Of a stretch of DNA of 64,000 nucleotides, positions 13,845-25,500 are shown one piece after another (within the stretch, counting starts at the first letter, position 1; each line of letters starts with the position of its first letter). Under the pieces are notes generated by a model. That model did not search any database and was not told the DNA's origin. It worked only from the letters and a program-made list of their open reading frames with translations. The translations under genes and the position numbers were made by a program. The stretch is from Camelus dromedarius. Taxonomy: Eukaryota. The stretch covers positions 33,978,001 to 34,042,000 of the forward strand of contig NC_087447.1 in NCBI RefSeq assembly GCF_036321535.1, in the 5' to 3' direction.

Positions 13845-15690
13845 AGTAATGAGCGTTGGCATCTGGTAGGGAAATCTCTCTTTCCTTGGTCTTCTGCCTC
13901 ACTGGCTATGCTTCGTCTTTTACATTTCAATATACATTATAAAGTCATCTTGTCAATTCCATAAAACTTAGCCGGGCTTTTGAGTGGGGTTGCATTAACT
14001 CTCCAGATCATTTTGGAAGAACTGACATCTTCACAACACTGAGTTGTCTAGTCCACACATATCACAGGTTCCTCTATTCCTTTGGCCTTTTCATTTCTCC
14101 CCATGTTTCACAGATTTCTCGGTAGAGGATTGACCCATCGTAACATTAAATTTATTCCTAGGTACTTGGTATTTTTGATGCTCTTAATTTTTTTTAAACT
14201 TCTGCCTGACTACAGATGTTCAATAGATTTTCACGTACTAATTTTGTATCCAGCAAAAATTTCTGACTTATTTGTAATCATTTATCTGTGAATTCTTTTG
14301 GATGACCCAAGTACATGATGCTATCTGTGAGTAGAGACAGTCCAATTTCTTTCTTTCCAATCTTCAGGATTTACTGTTCTCACTTCTCTGCACTGACTGG
14401 GGTCTCTACCATGATGTTATGTGGTGATAGCAGGCATCTGTATCTGTCTCTGAATCTGAAAGGCAACACAGTTGACATTTTACTATCAAATACAATGCTT
14501 TCTATAGTTCTTGCTTTTAAATATTTCTCGTAAATATTTAAGGATATTGATTGCAGCCTTGAGAGAAACCCTGAGCCAGAGGACCCAGCTCCGCCAGCCT
14601 GGTACACACAAACTGAGAGAAAATGTTTGTTGCTTTAAGCTGCTAAATGCTGGGGGGCAATTTGTTACACAGCAGTAGATAACTAATGCAGAAGGGATAT
14701 GGAATCCTCCCTGCAAAGTCCAACTAAGGTGATGGCGGCATCATGTGGCAGGAAAAGCATAGGTTTTAGACTCAGATAAGCAGAGAACTCCATTTCTTCC
14801 ACACAGTAAGTAACATCATCACTCAGCAGGTTTTCTGTTGGTAAAATGGAGATAATAATATCTGCCTCTTAGAAGTGCTGTGATTACATGTGAGGAAGTG
14901 ACATTCTCAGTATACCATCTGACACATAGTAGGTACTTAAATGTCTTGTTTCCTTCCTTCTCTATTAAATGTCCTCTAGCCCATCATGCCCTTTGTATAC
15001 ACTCATCCTATTTCCTAGATAACAGAGTATATTGTGTAGCCATGTGGAATACCAGACGTGGAAAATCCTGGAAATTGAGGATATCTAGTTGCCAAACCAC
15101 TGTACCAGCTCCCCTTCATCCTTCTTGACAGGCATTAAAGGCTTAAAAACTGCCCCTGCCAAATGTCTGGATTCTTTATCTTCCCCCGGTTGGGCCACTG
15201 TCGTGCATTATAATGACTTGGACATTTCACATCACTAGCAGCTGAACCAGCTGGGTAGGATCAATTTCAAAGGGACCCCTTGGGTTGCACGTCAAACCAA
15301 GCCCTTAGAATTTTTGTTGTTGCTGGGAAAAGGCTGAGATGGGATGTTATCTCCCACTGCCTGGGTGTCAGGAGCAATGTGGGGCGGGGCCCCAAGATGA
15401 GAGGCAGTCCAGTGGGGCAGGATTCGGGGTTGGAATGTGGAGCTGAAACTCCAACTCTCTCACCTCTTAACTTACCCTCGGAGTCTTGACAGGTGTTTTC
15501 TCTGAACTTTTTTTTTTATTCTTTTTTCACTTGTAAAATGGGAGTAAGAAATTTATTTCTTCTGGGTCATTTCACAGATTATATTGGAACATTTGGGAGA
15601 GCATTTGGCAATTAGTCGGTACTCACTACATTAAAAAAAGAAAAAGCTTTCCTGTGCCTAGGGGTTTCCTGGGGGGTGGCTGGATACTGA

Positions 15691-15865
15691 TAGTGCTTGC
15701 CTCAAAGTGTGGTCCCAGGCCCAGAGTGTTGGCATCACCCAGGAGCTTGGTAGAAATTAAGAATGAGAATCGTGGGCCCCAGCCTGGATCTACTAAATCA
15801 GAATCTTCATTTCCACAAGATCCTCAGGGATTCAAAGTTCGAGGGGAGCCTGAAGTCCTGCATTG
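15691..15865. mobile_element. MER5A-like hAT DNA transposon fossil
   Basis: ctcaaagtgtggtccc...gcatcacccaggagcttggtagaaat...tactaaatcagaatct...aagatcctcaggggattc. Confidence 0.7.
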
Positions 15866-16055
15866 TTAATAAGCTCCATGCAAGCGAGGAACTGAGAAGA
15901 GGTAGGATGCTGACGACAGAGTGGCAAAGATGGGTTTGCAGATTTTGGAGGACTCTCTCCGTGTTTGTTGCATCCAAATAAGAATGACTTCCTCTTGGCA
16001 GGAAATTGAACTCCGATGAGGGCTTTCTCTGGCACAGAAAAGCCAAACCACTAAT

Positions 16056-19000
16056 CTGAATAAATAAGCATCAATTTTATTGAATCATGAATAATTTAAG
16101 ACTGGTACAATCATCAGCTTTATTCCCTATGACGTGGGGCATGATCTCCGGCAGATCATTGGCAAATCCAAAAACCTCATGACAAATGAAAATTAAATAG
16201 GGAAGGAGGGAGAGAAGGAGAAAGGGGACGGAGGATGGAAACATACCGTACACAAAATACTCAATTCCTAGTTTTCTCTTTAAAAATGGCTAGAAAAAAT
16301 TCATCAAAATGCAGCACTTTAATCAATTATTTACAATTTCTATGTTACAATGAAAAAATGTACATCTTATAGAACATATTTCATAAACTGCTCCACTGGA
16401 AACAACTAGATCAAAACAGCAAACCTTCCATTGAATATCCACAAAGTTGGATGGTTTTTTTTTTTTCCTTTTGAAGTAGATTCGCCACAATCAAATTTGA
16501 ACACACAGAATTTTGAAGTTTAAGCATCAACAATTTAAAAATGTCCCCAAGATACAACAAAGGTCTAGGCAAGTCTCGTTCCTTGTCCCACCCCTATCCC
16601 ACCCACCACCTTAAATTAAAAGGTATTCCCATCTCATTTATGGCCTGTATAATTCTTGGCAGTTTGGGAAGAAAACTTTTGGCTTCCACTGGTAACTCAA
16701 CACAAATGTTGCATAGAATTTCATACATTTCAAAATGAGCCTAACTGTAGAAAAAGGCAAATGGAAGCATTTTGGACAGAGCCCTAAATGAGCACAAAGT
16801 CACTTTGTCAAAGGTGAGCGACACAAAAGTAAAACAGGACCAAAGTAAGAAATGTGCATATCAGACAACCCTGCTTCCCGAAACTTGAGGAAGGACACCG
16901 AGTTGCGAATCATACAAGGGCTACACTCCTTGAAACCACCGTTCCCTAGTCAGGCAGCACCAGGGACAGAGGTCTCGGTGCCGAGCCTGGACCCAGTGGA
17001 AGGGAAGTCTGTAGGACTGGGGAGACGAGGAAGAGAATGGAGGGTGTCATTAAATAATTAAAAAAAAAAAAAGTTCCAAAGGATATTGGCAGGTGTCGAC
17101 TCACAAGGTGACTGGGAAAACTGCCCATGAGGAGAAGTCAATTTTACCTCCTCCTGAATTCACAGTATGAGCGTGTAAGGTCATCGCTGCGAGATAAACT
17201 GGGAAGGATCACTGTTCGGGTTTACCAGAAGGCTCAGGGTGTGGCCCGCGGTCACAGGCTAGATACATGCTTCAAACATTTTATGAAAAACGAAACAGAA
17301 CAAGACACACTCACACACCCGGATGACTAAGGAAGGCTTGAGAGAATACAGTCGGAGTTTACTAAGATTCAAGAAAAGAGCACACGGAGAGGTTTTCCAT
17401 TGACCTGTTGGCGGGACACATCCCCCTCTTCCTTTCAAGGAGGAAGGAAATGATGAGGACCAATGTAATGTGAGCAGTTTCAGGTCAAGCTCTTGTGGGA
17501 AGAAAATAAGAAAAAGTGTAGAGAGAGGGACCGTTGGAAAAAGAAATGTTAAAAAAAAAAATGGAAAAACCCTGATCATTAACAGAGACACCCCCACCAA
17601 GGGGGTCCAATAAAGATTTTCTTTATCAAACAGAAACAAATGACTCAAAGATTTACCAAGCTCTGTAGAGAAAATTCCAGCATGTGGAAGACACACACTA
17701 GCAGAGTGTGGGTCAGTGATGTCATGTAATGTTGTCAGAACTTTTGCCTTTTCATGTACAAGACAGATTCATCGTCCAGGCAGCAGGGTGTTAGCAGGAA
17801 ACTAAGAATCTAAAAAAAAAAAAAAGATCTTTCCTTTTTTTCTCTTTTTCTTTTTCCCACGGTCACGCACCCACACAAATGATTCTTTTGGATGAGAAAA
17901 GTCACATTAACTTGCGTTCTCCTAATGAGCAGATGACTTTTTAGCCCTGTTTGCTCTCATGGGGAAAACAAACAAACAAAAAAAACGGACCCCAGGCAGG
18001 CACGACACTCATCAATGAATGCGGTTAGTACAAAACCAGTAAGGCATCGCTTTGGGAAGGTCAGCACCGAAGAGGTCAGGCAAGACTCGTCCGACAGAGG
18101 CTGGGGCTTCTGGAAGGGAGCGGCCGCCCCCCCACCTGTCGAATTGTATGACGTCACGTTGGTTCCGAGGAAAGTGCAAGTGTTTGACGAGGTGACCTCA
18201 CACCCCATCCGAGGTTGGGGCTGGCACACTAGAGGTGTCGATGGGCGTCCTACAGCCTCGAGGACGAGGAGGAAAGGCAAGGTCCCGCTCACCCACGCGC
18301 TGAGGACGGGGTCCTGGTCCACCGTAAGGGACACAGCGACCCCAGCCCCAGCAGGAGGCAGCGAGTGTACAGAACTGAGAGGGTGGACAACTGAAAACCA
18401 AAACTCAGCAGGACCAAACCAAAACCCAACTCCTGCGGTTCTCACGTTCACCAAAGGATGGATTCTGACCACGAGGGGAAGGAGGGAAAAAAACAAAAAT
18501 CTTCAAAACCAAGAGTCAGAAAGGGAGAAACTCAACCTCATTTTCAAAGGGGTGATCAGTTCTCCAAAGTAGACCAATTCTCACTGTACACAGTGTTAGC
18601 AGGAAAAAAACCTGATTCGTTTATAAACAAGGAGGAAACAGACACATGCTGTTCTGGGTTTACAGCCACATCCGCTCGGCCACATTTTCACACCTTCACT
18701 CTCGCTCGTGGATGAACTGGAGGCTGACGGATCTGAAAGGTGGGGTTGAACTGGAATAGGCAAAATACCTCTCGGGTAAGGAGAGCACCATTTAAAAAAC
18801 AAAAGAGAGAAAGCACGATTTGTTTTGCCTAAGGTTCCCTGTGTTGTAGCTCTGCAGTTTGTTGAGTGTGACCAAAGCAAGGGCCCCAGCTTGCCCCCGA
18901 TCTCTCTGTGGCCGGCGGTGTGGAAGGGCATCGGCGGGGTGTGGGGGTGCTGGCGGCAAGACCTGGTCTGCAGGGTCTGTGCTCAGGGGGAAGCCATGCC

Positions 19001-19412
19001 GTGTCCGTTTCCGACTTTGCTCTAGTCTCTTCTGTCTCTGGGCAGCTCAGGGCAGGATGCTGTTTGGTTTCAGAGCTTGGTTGGTTTGTTTGTTTGCCAT
19101 TTTTGTTTCAACGGTGATGCTCCTTTCCCGAGAAGTACCTTTCAGTGTCTTAGGGAGGTCACAGCAACGAGGCAAAACAATAATTCAAACAGAAGATAGT
19201 GCAGTGGAAGGACGCGGTCCCAAGGCGGCTGGCCTGGGATGCCTGCACCCAGGTCAAGGCTGGAGGGCGAGGGGCTGGGTCTTCCTGTGGCGCTCTGGCC
19301 GCGGCCGGGGGCTGGCTCAGGAGGGCATCTCCGGGATGGTGCAGAGGATGCAGGTGGAGAGGGCGAGGAGGAGGAGGAGGGCGAGGGGGCAGGCTCCGTG
19401 GCCTGGCCCCTG
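16056..19412 (-). other. NAV2: NAV2 3'UTR (~3.3 kb); 3' end approximate
   Basis: Follows the stop codon, has no recognisable interspersed repeats, becomes U-rich distally and ends at tandem poly(A) signals. Confidence 0.8.
16076..16124 (-). terminator. Tandem AATAAA polyadenylation signals of NAV2
   Basis: Plus-strand TTTATT at 16076-16081 and 16119-16124, with a UGUA between them. A GU/U-rich element (ttagtggtttggcttttctgtg) lies downstream on the minus strand. Confidence 0.82.
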
Positions 19413-19538
19413 TCACAGAGTAGACTCCAGGGACGAGTCCAGGATGTCGTCGTGATGGCTGTTGCTGTTGGAGTCGCTGTCGTAGCTCTGCGGGCTGGAG
19501 TAGTTGGCCGCCTCCTGCAGCCTCATGAGCATGTTCAT
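19413..19538 (-). CDS. NAV2: NAV2 last coding exon [41 protein letters not shown]
   Basis: ccccag|ATGAAC...CTG TGA; 126 nt including stop at 19413-19415. Confidence 0.96.
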   Translation of the reverse strand: MNMLMRLQEAANYSSPQSYDSDSNSNSHHDDILDSSLESTL

Positions 19539-22500
19539 CTGGGGAGAGAGCAGGGAGCGTGAGCAGCTTGGGGCCAGTCAGCCTCCCCAGCGCTGGCTTC
19601 TCTGATGCTCATGCCACGTCTTCCGACTCACCTTGGGACCGTGGCCCACCGGGGAGGCCGGGGACAAGAGCAGGCCGTCTGGGCCAGGCTTCCAGGGTTC
19701 GAGTCTCGGCTCCACCACTGACTAGCTGCGTGACCTTGAGCCAGTTACTTAAGCCTGCGCCTCAGTTTCTTCCCTGGGCACACGTGAATACCTGTACCTG
19801 CCCTATCCCGTTATGGTGTGGGTTAAGTGAATCTATGGAGAGCACTGAAAACAGAATAGAAAGTCCTCTATGAATGTTGTTTCTTTTTTACTTGGGAGGA
19901 GCTCCTGACCCCAGCACGGCCCTCAGCCTGGGTGAGAGGCCAGTCAGGCGCCCCAGCTTCTGGAGCAGCTGCATCAGCACCCCTGACCTCAGAACACGGG
20001 GCTGCCCCTTCGATGAGCATCAAGCTCACCTGTACTCCCAGCTCTGGCCAGAGGGCAGCCCGGAGGCCCCTGGGCCCCAGCTCCGGGCAAGGCCCTCACG
20101 GGGAGCGGAGGGCAGCATGGGTCACACGCAGAGCCTCAGGGCGCAGGGAGGCCTGGGGTCCGGTTCAGGACTCTTTGGGCGATTACCTACCATATCTAAG
20201 TCACCAGTTCCTCACCTACAGACTGGAGAGAAGGGGAGCACCCACCGCCCCCAGGATTCAAGTAGGGAATGAAATGACCCTTAGAACAGGGCCTGGCATA
20301 TAGTAACTGCTCAACAAACATAAGTCTGCTGTCATCATCAGCTGTCTTCAGAGTTTAAAGATAACGTCCTTGAATCTCTCCTAGTCTACAGTCTATTGGT
20401 CATACGTGTGGGAGTGGAGACGGGGCATTAAGAACTACGTTTATTTTATTTACAACTATAAATTGTGTGCGTGTTTTATATTTTTTCTAGGGACGTTAGG
20501 AAGATAGGGTCTCTCTGAGCTATCTTCAGACTTGGTGCAGCTGGTCATGAAGTCCAGCTGCCCCCTGGCCAGCCTCCCCTGGGCGAGCCCCCCCTAGGGT
20601 GTATCTGGGTGAGCCCAGCACACAAGCACCACAAGCTGGGGTCCATCTGCATGGCGGGAACCGGGAAGGGGTGGAGGGCAAGTACAAAGGAAAATCCTCC
20701 ACAGTCAGGATCATTCGTTCACTCGTCCAACATTCCCCGTGTGCCCACAGTATGTGGTCTGGAATAGAAACAAGACAGTCCAGCCCTCCTGGAGGCCCCA
20801 GTCTCGTAAGGCAGAGAGATCCACGGACAAAAGGGCTATGACAGCAGAGGCCGGTGGTCCTGGGCAGAGAGAACAGGACTTGGGGGAAACACCAAGCACT
20901 TAACTTGGTAAGTAGGGGTGGCAGGGCTGGCATGGCTGATGTCTGGGGCCTGAGGCTGGAAAGAGAATTCTATGTAACTATTCAGAGAACCCTGAGTTCT
21001 ACCTAAATGCCTATGTTCAGTCGGTGCCACAAATATTCCTGGTTAAGAAAAGAATGTCTGGGGACAAGCTGGCCATTCTTTCCTCTAGATATCCTCAATT
21101 CTGTTTTTATGTAAGGTAAGACCCCATGAACTTGAACCCACAAAAATATCTCCATGCCTTTGGCTTTTAGCAACGGGTAACGTTAGAAGTGGCTTTTTAC
21201 AGTCTGATCCTTCCCTCTGTAAAGCCATTGTTGTAAACACTGCAAATTAGGTTGTGCACAGTAACGCAGACCATAAATCCATTTAAAATAAAGTTCCTGT
21301 AGAAAAGTCTCACTGGGACTGGGGCTGCATGCCCCCAATCAGGGGTGCAGACAACCCCAGAGCACCTATTATGGTTATTTTTTCTTACCTAGCAAATCAG
21401 TCAGTCACCAGGGAAAGAACAGCAAGTCAATTGTCTTTCACTCCTGCTGGATCTCCTATGATACGTTCCTCCACTAGGTAAAGCAAGTGATAGCCTCTGC
21501 AGTGTTTTCCCTTTTGTCTTAGCCGCCAGGGGAGCTCAGGGCAAAATTTAAAGCATGATAATGGTCATTCAACCCCGGGAGGTTCTGGTATATGTGATTC
21601 CACCTTCTTTTATAGGGCTTTTGATTTATTAGGTCTGATTTCCCAGGAGGCCTATATACGGGTCTCACGCGGGCAGACAGTACCAGAATTGCAGTGTCAC
21701 GGCCCCTGGCCCAGGTTCCCCTTAAAGGGCTTTAATTGGTTTGTTGGTGGAGTAGAGAAGCTCAGGCAGCATTAGAGGCTTAGCTCCTCTCACTGGCCCG
21801 GGGACCCGCATTCAGGTCCCCGCCCTCCCCTCTGTGTCCCTCCTGCCGGCAAAGCCCTCCCGCCCGAGATCCTGACCACTTGGCCTGGGCTTCTACTCCT
21901 TCGCAAGCTGTGCCTCTGCTCAGTTACTAGTGGGAGAGATGAAAGGGACAGGACAGGGCACGATGAAGGTGGCACTCAAACCAGAGGGCAGGGAGTGGTG
22001 TAGGGACATTTAGGGGGAAAAATCAAATTCTTAACCTCTTACCTGAAAAAATTTCAGAGGGGTTAAAGATGTTAGTGACAAATTAAAACCAAGGAAGAAA
22101 GTATTGGCTAACCGTCCTTAAATCTTGGGATGGGTCCAACCTTCCAAAGCAAGACCAGGACTCAGTTGCCTCCGATTTTCCAGCGTGCCTTGCATCACAC
22201 CCAGCACACAGGAAGCACTCAGTGAACGCTGAGCTGCTCTGGAAGCCAAGAACTCACCAGCGGGTCTCCTTCAGCATCGCTGGGGGGCATCTGCTTGCTG
22301 GTCGACCCCTCCCGTGGCATGGAGTAGCCGTCGAAGCCGACATCCTCAGGCCGGAGCTGCAGGAGGGGAGGCCACTCGTGCTGCTGTGGGCTGGCTGCCC
22401 AAGGATAGGTGTCCATCACCCACTTGGCGGGATCCTCCCAGGGGGCCCGCCTTCCATAGAGCTGGAAACGAAGAAGAACAGTGAGGAAGGGGCCGAGATC

Positions 22501-25500
22501 TCTGCTGCAGCCCTGGTTTTGCAGCTTTTTGAAAAACACTCCAAACCCAGCATCAGGCTTCCTTGGATGGAGTAATTCCACCTCCAGAATTCTCTCCTAA
22601 GGAAATCATCCAAGGCACAGACAGCGTGATGTGCTAACATCAAAGGCAGAGTGACCCAGGGATTAAGAGCACTAGCTTTGGAGTCAGACTGGCCTGGGTT
22701 CACATCTCAGCTCTGCCACTGACTGACGGTGTCACCTTAAACTCTAAGCCTTGCTGATCCAACTTGGAAAACCACCATCTGATTTGAAGCATTTGCCAGT
22801 TTCTGTCATATAAATACTCCCAACCGTGGCCAATCAGTTACTGAATGTGGCACTGGAAAGAGGTGCTGACTTTCATCACACTGGGTGCCCCCCCCAGCAC
22901 ACAGATGGGGTGCTGGGCATCAGAACCACAAGCAGAGGTCACCATTGGCCCTGGTTTGATAAAACTGCATTTCTTGAAGTGAGTCTGACTCTCAGAGCCC
23001 CTCTTTAGAGGTGCTGGTCACTTTCAAAACAGCGAATTGTTAACCAGGGTTACATGTGGGTATTGGAATTCTTAGTGCTTCTCCTCCCCCATGTATTTCT
23101 CAAAATTGTCCATGACAATGAATTTGCTTTTAAAACAGATTTATCACATAATTCTGGAAGACAGGTTACCATGCCTCCAAACTCCTTTTTTTAAGCCGGA
23201 AACACCTAACAAGAAAATTATTTTAGTGACTTTTCCTGGCAATTTCCAGAAATATATCCACTCGTTAAAGAACAAAACCCTAGGCTGCACCGTTTCCCAG
23301 GGCGAGGCTCTGTGCATCACGTAGCTGCTGCCGTCGCTGGATCCTTCCTCGTTGACACCACCACTGCCGCCGTGCCTCACAGCTCACTGTCTGCCAGGGA
23401 TGGCGAGAAGCACTTGACAAATCTCTGGTTTAACTAGCACGTGACGTCACGAGGAAGCATCACTACCCACGCTGCTCAGAGATAAACCCAGGGAGGAGAG
23501 GAGGCAGAACTGGAATCCAAGTCTGTCCGTGGACCACTGGAGTCCGAGAAGAGGAGGAAGGATGTGCTCACAGCCAGGACAAGATGAGCCCACCCTAGAC
23601 AGTGCTGCCAGTGGCTCTGGGAGGGCATCCTTTCTGTAGGGGACCACGGCGTACAAAGACCAAAGACCCCTGAACCACAAGACAGCAGGGGACCTCTAGA
23701 CTGGAATTACATCTAGACTACAGCCTGTCTGTCCATCTGTCTGCTCCCTCTGTCCTCCCAGGACTCTGACAGTTGAGACGAGAGAGAGGGCAAGGGGATG
23801 ACAGGAGAGGAGAGCTGAGCTCTGACTGACAAAACCATTTCTTTCTCAGGTCAGAGACTGTCTCAGCTGCAGGGAACTGGGGTCACCTAGCCCAGCGCCC
23901 TCATGTACCAGACGGAGAAGCTGGCGCCTAAAGAGCCAGATGAGAGAATCTGGAGCAGAGGTGGCTTCGAACCCAGGATCCCAGCTTCCTTGTCTGGTCT
24001 TTTGTTTCTCTACGTCTCCTGACTGACTCTACTCTGAACCACTTGGTATCAGCAAGAGCCACATGACTCAGCCAAAGCCGGAACAGGGAGATGCTGGCCA
24101 GGCTGCCCTCCTGGGGAGGACACGTCACCCGGGCTGGGCTTGCTGCCCTTCCGGCTGTCTCAAGACTGCTCAGCCACCTCTGACCTTCTCGTACCATTTC
24201 TGTCTGGGAAGCACCTGCCCTTCCTGCCTTGCAGACGGGCCCGCCCCCCTCTTCATCGGTGGCCACCTCCTCCTCCACTAAGACACAAACAGCCTCCTAT
24301 GACCTCATCGCTTCCAGACACCAGCACCCCTCCCTTCTAGCGCTCCAGTCCTGCCTGTTGCTAAATCTTCCTTAACCTGGGGCAGTGGTGACTCAGGCCT
24401 GAGAATCCAGTCTGGCCGTCTAAAGGGAATGCACAGTCCCAGCAGGAAGGGGTCACACGAAGGTGCATGGGCACGGGCGTGCGGGTCAGGGAGGGAGGGA
24501 ACGCAAACATTTGGGGATGTTTAGAACTGAGAAAGTCCATTCCAAGTTCCTGAAGTTTTCAGAAGCTTCTCCCTCCAAGGGTTTCCCTATAGAACTCAAT
24601 AGACTTTACCAAGCTGGACTTCACGTGTGTGGAGCTGAACCAAACATGAGGTTCTGACAGCTACGCATCTGTCTCCAGCCTGCAGCCGGAAGAGGAGACG
24701 CTCAGTGCTGCAGGACCACAGAGGCCGGAATTCTGAGCTCATCAACTTCTGAGAGAGAGTCTGGCCCAGTGGTTTTTATGTTTGTGCTCTGAGTAGCTCG
24801 GGGAACTTTGGGGCTTCACAGAGCCAGCCTGAAAAAACTCTTCTAGTCCACACTTTCTGGACTACAGATGTGGAACCGAGGCCTAGAGATGGGAGGCCTG
24901 CCCAGGGTCTCAGAGCAGGTCGGGTCATCTGATAAATGTACCCCTTGCCCCTCTGCTCTCCCCTCTTCACCAGGGGGATGGAGGTGTCTTCTGAGTTACT
25001 GTCGACTTGAGACACTTTGGCAAGTGTTTACAATGACAACTCCAAAGGGGAACAAGACTGAGTCATAAGACAAAGACAGCCGGGTGCACCTATCATCTGC
25101 AACAACGGGGTATTAATATTTTTACAAGCCTCCCCACTTGCCGCTGGACATGTCCAAGTCCAGGTGATGAATGGCTGGGTAAGTACCCTGGCAAGCAAAG
25201 GATGTATCATAAAGCTTCTTATGCACGGCAGAGCCCCGAGGCAGCTCTGGGAAGGAGCAGAGACAGCTGTATAGAGAGACGGGACATTCAATTTCCCCAA
25301 GGCACGGAGGAGCCTGGCAAGCTCACTGGGTCAGTAACAGGGAGCCTAGACATCAGAAACTGAAACCTCGGCTCCTGGGCGCCTCCTGACTCTGCCCATG
25401 CACATCACACATGGAGGCATCAAGGTACACATTCAGGAAGAACCTCCAAGCAGTTACACATACAGACTCAGGAGTCAGAACTTGCAGGTATCTGGTATCC

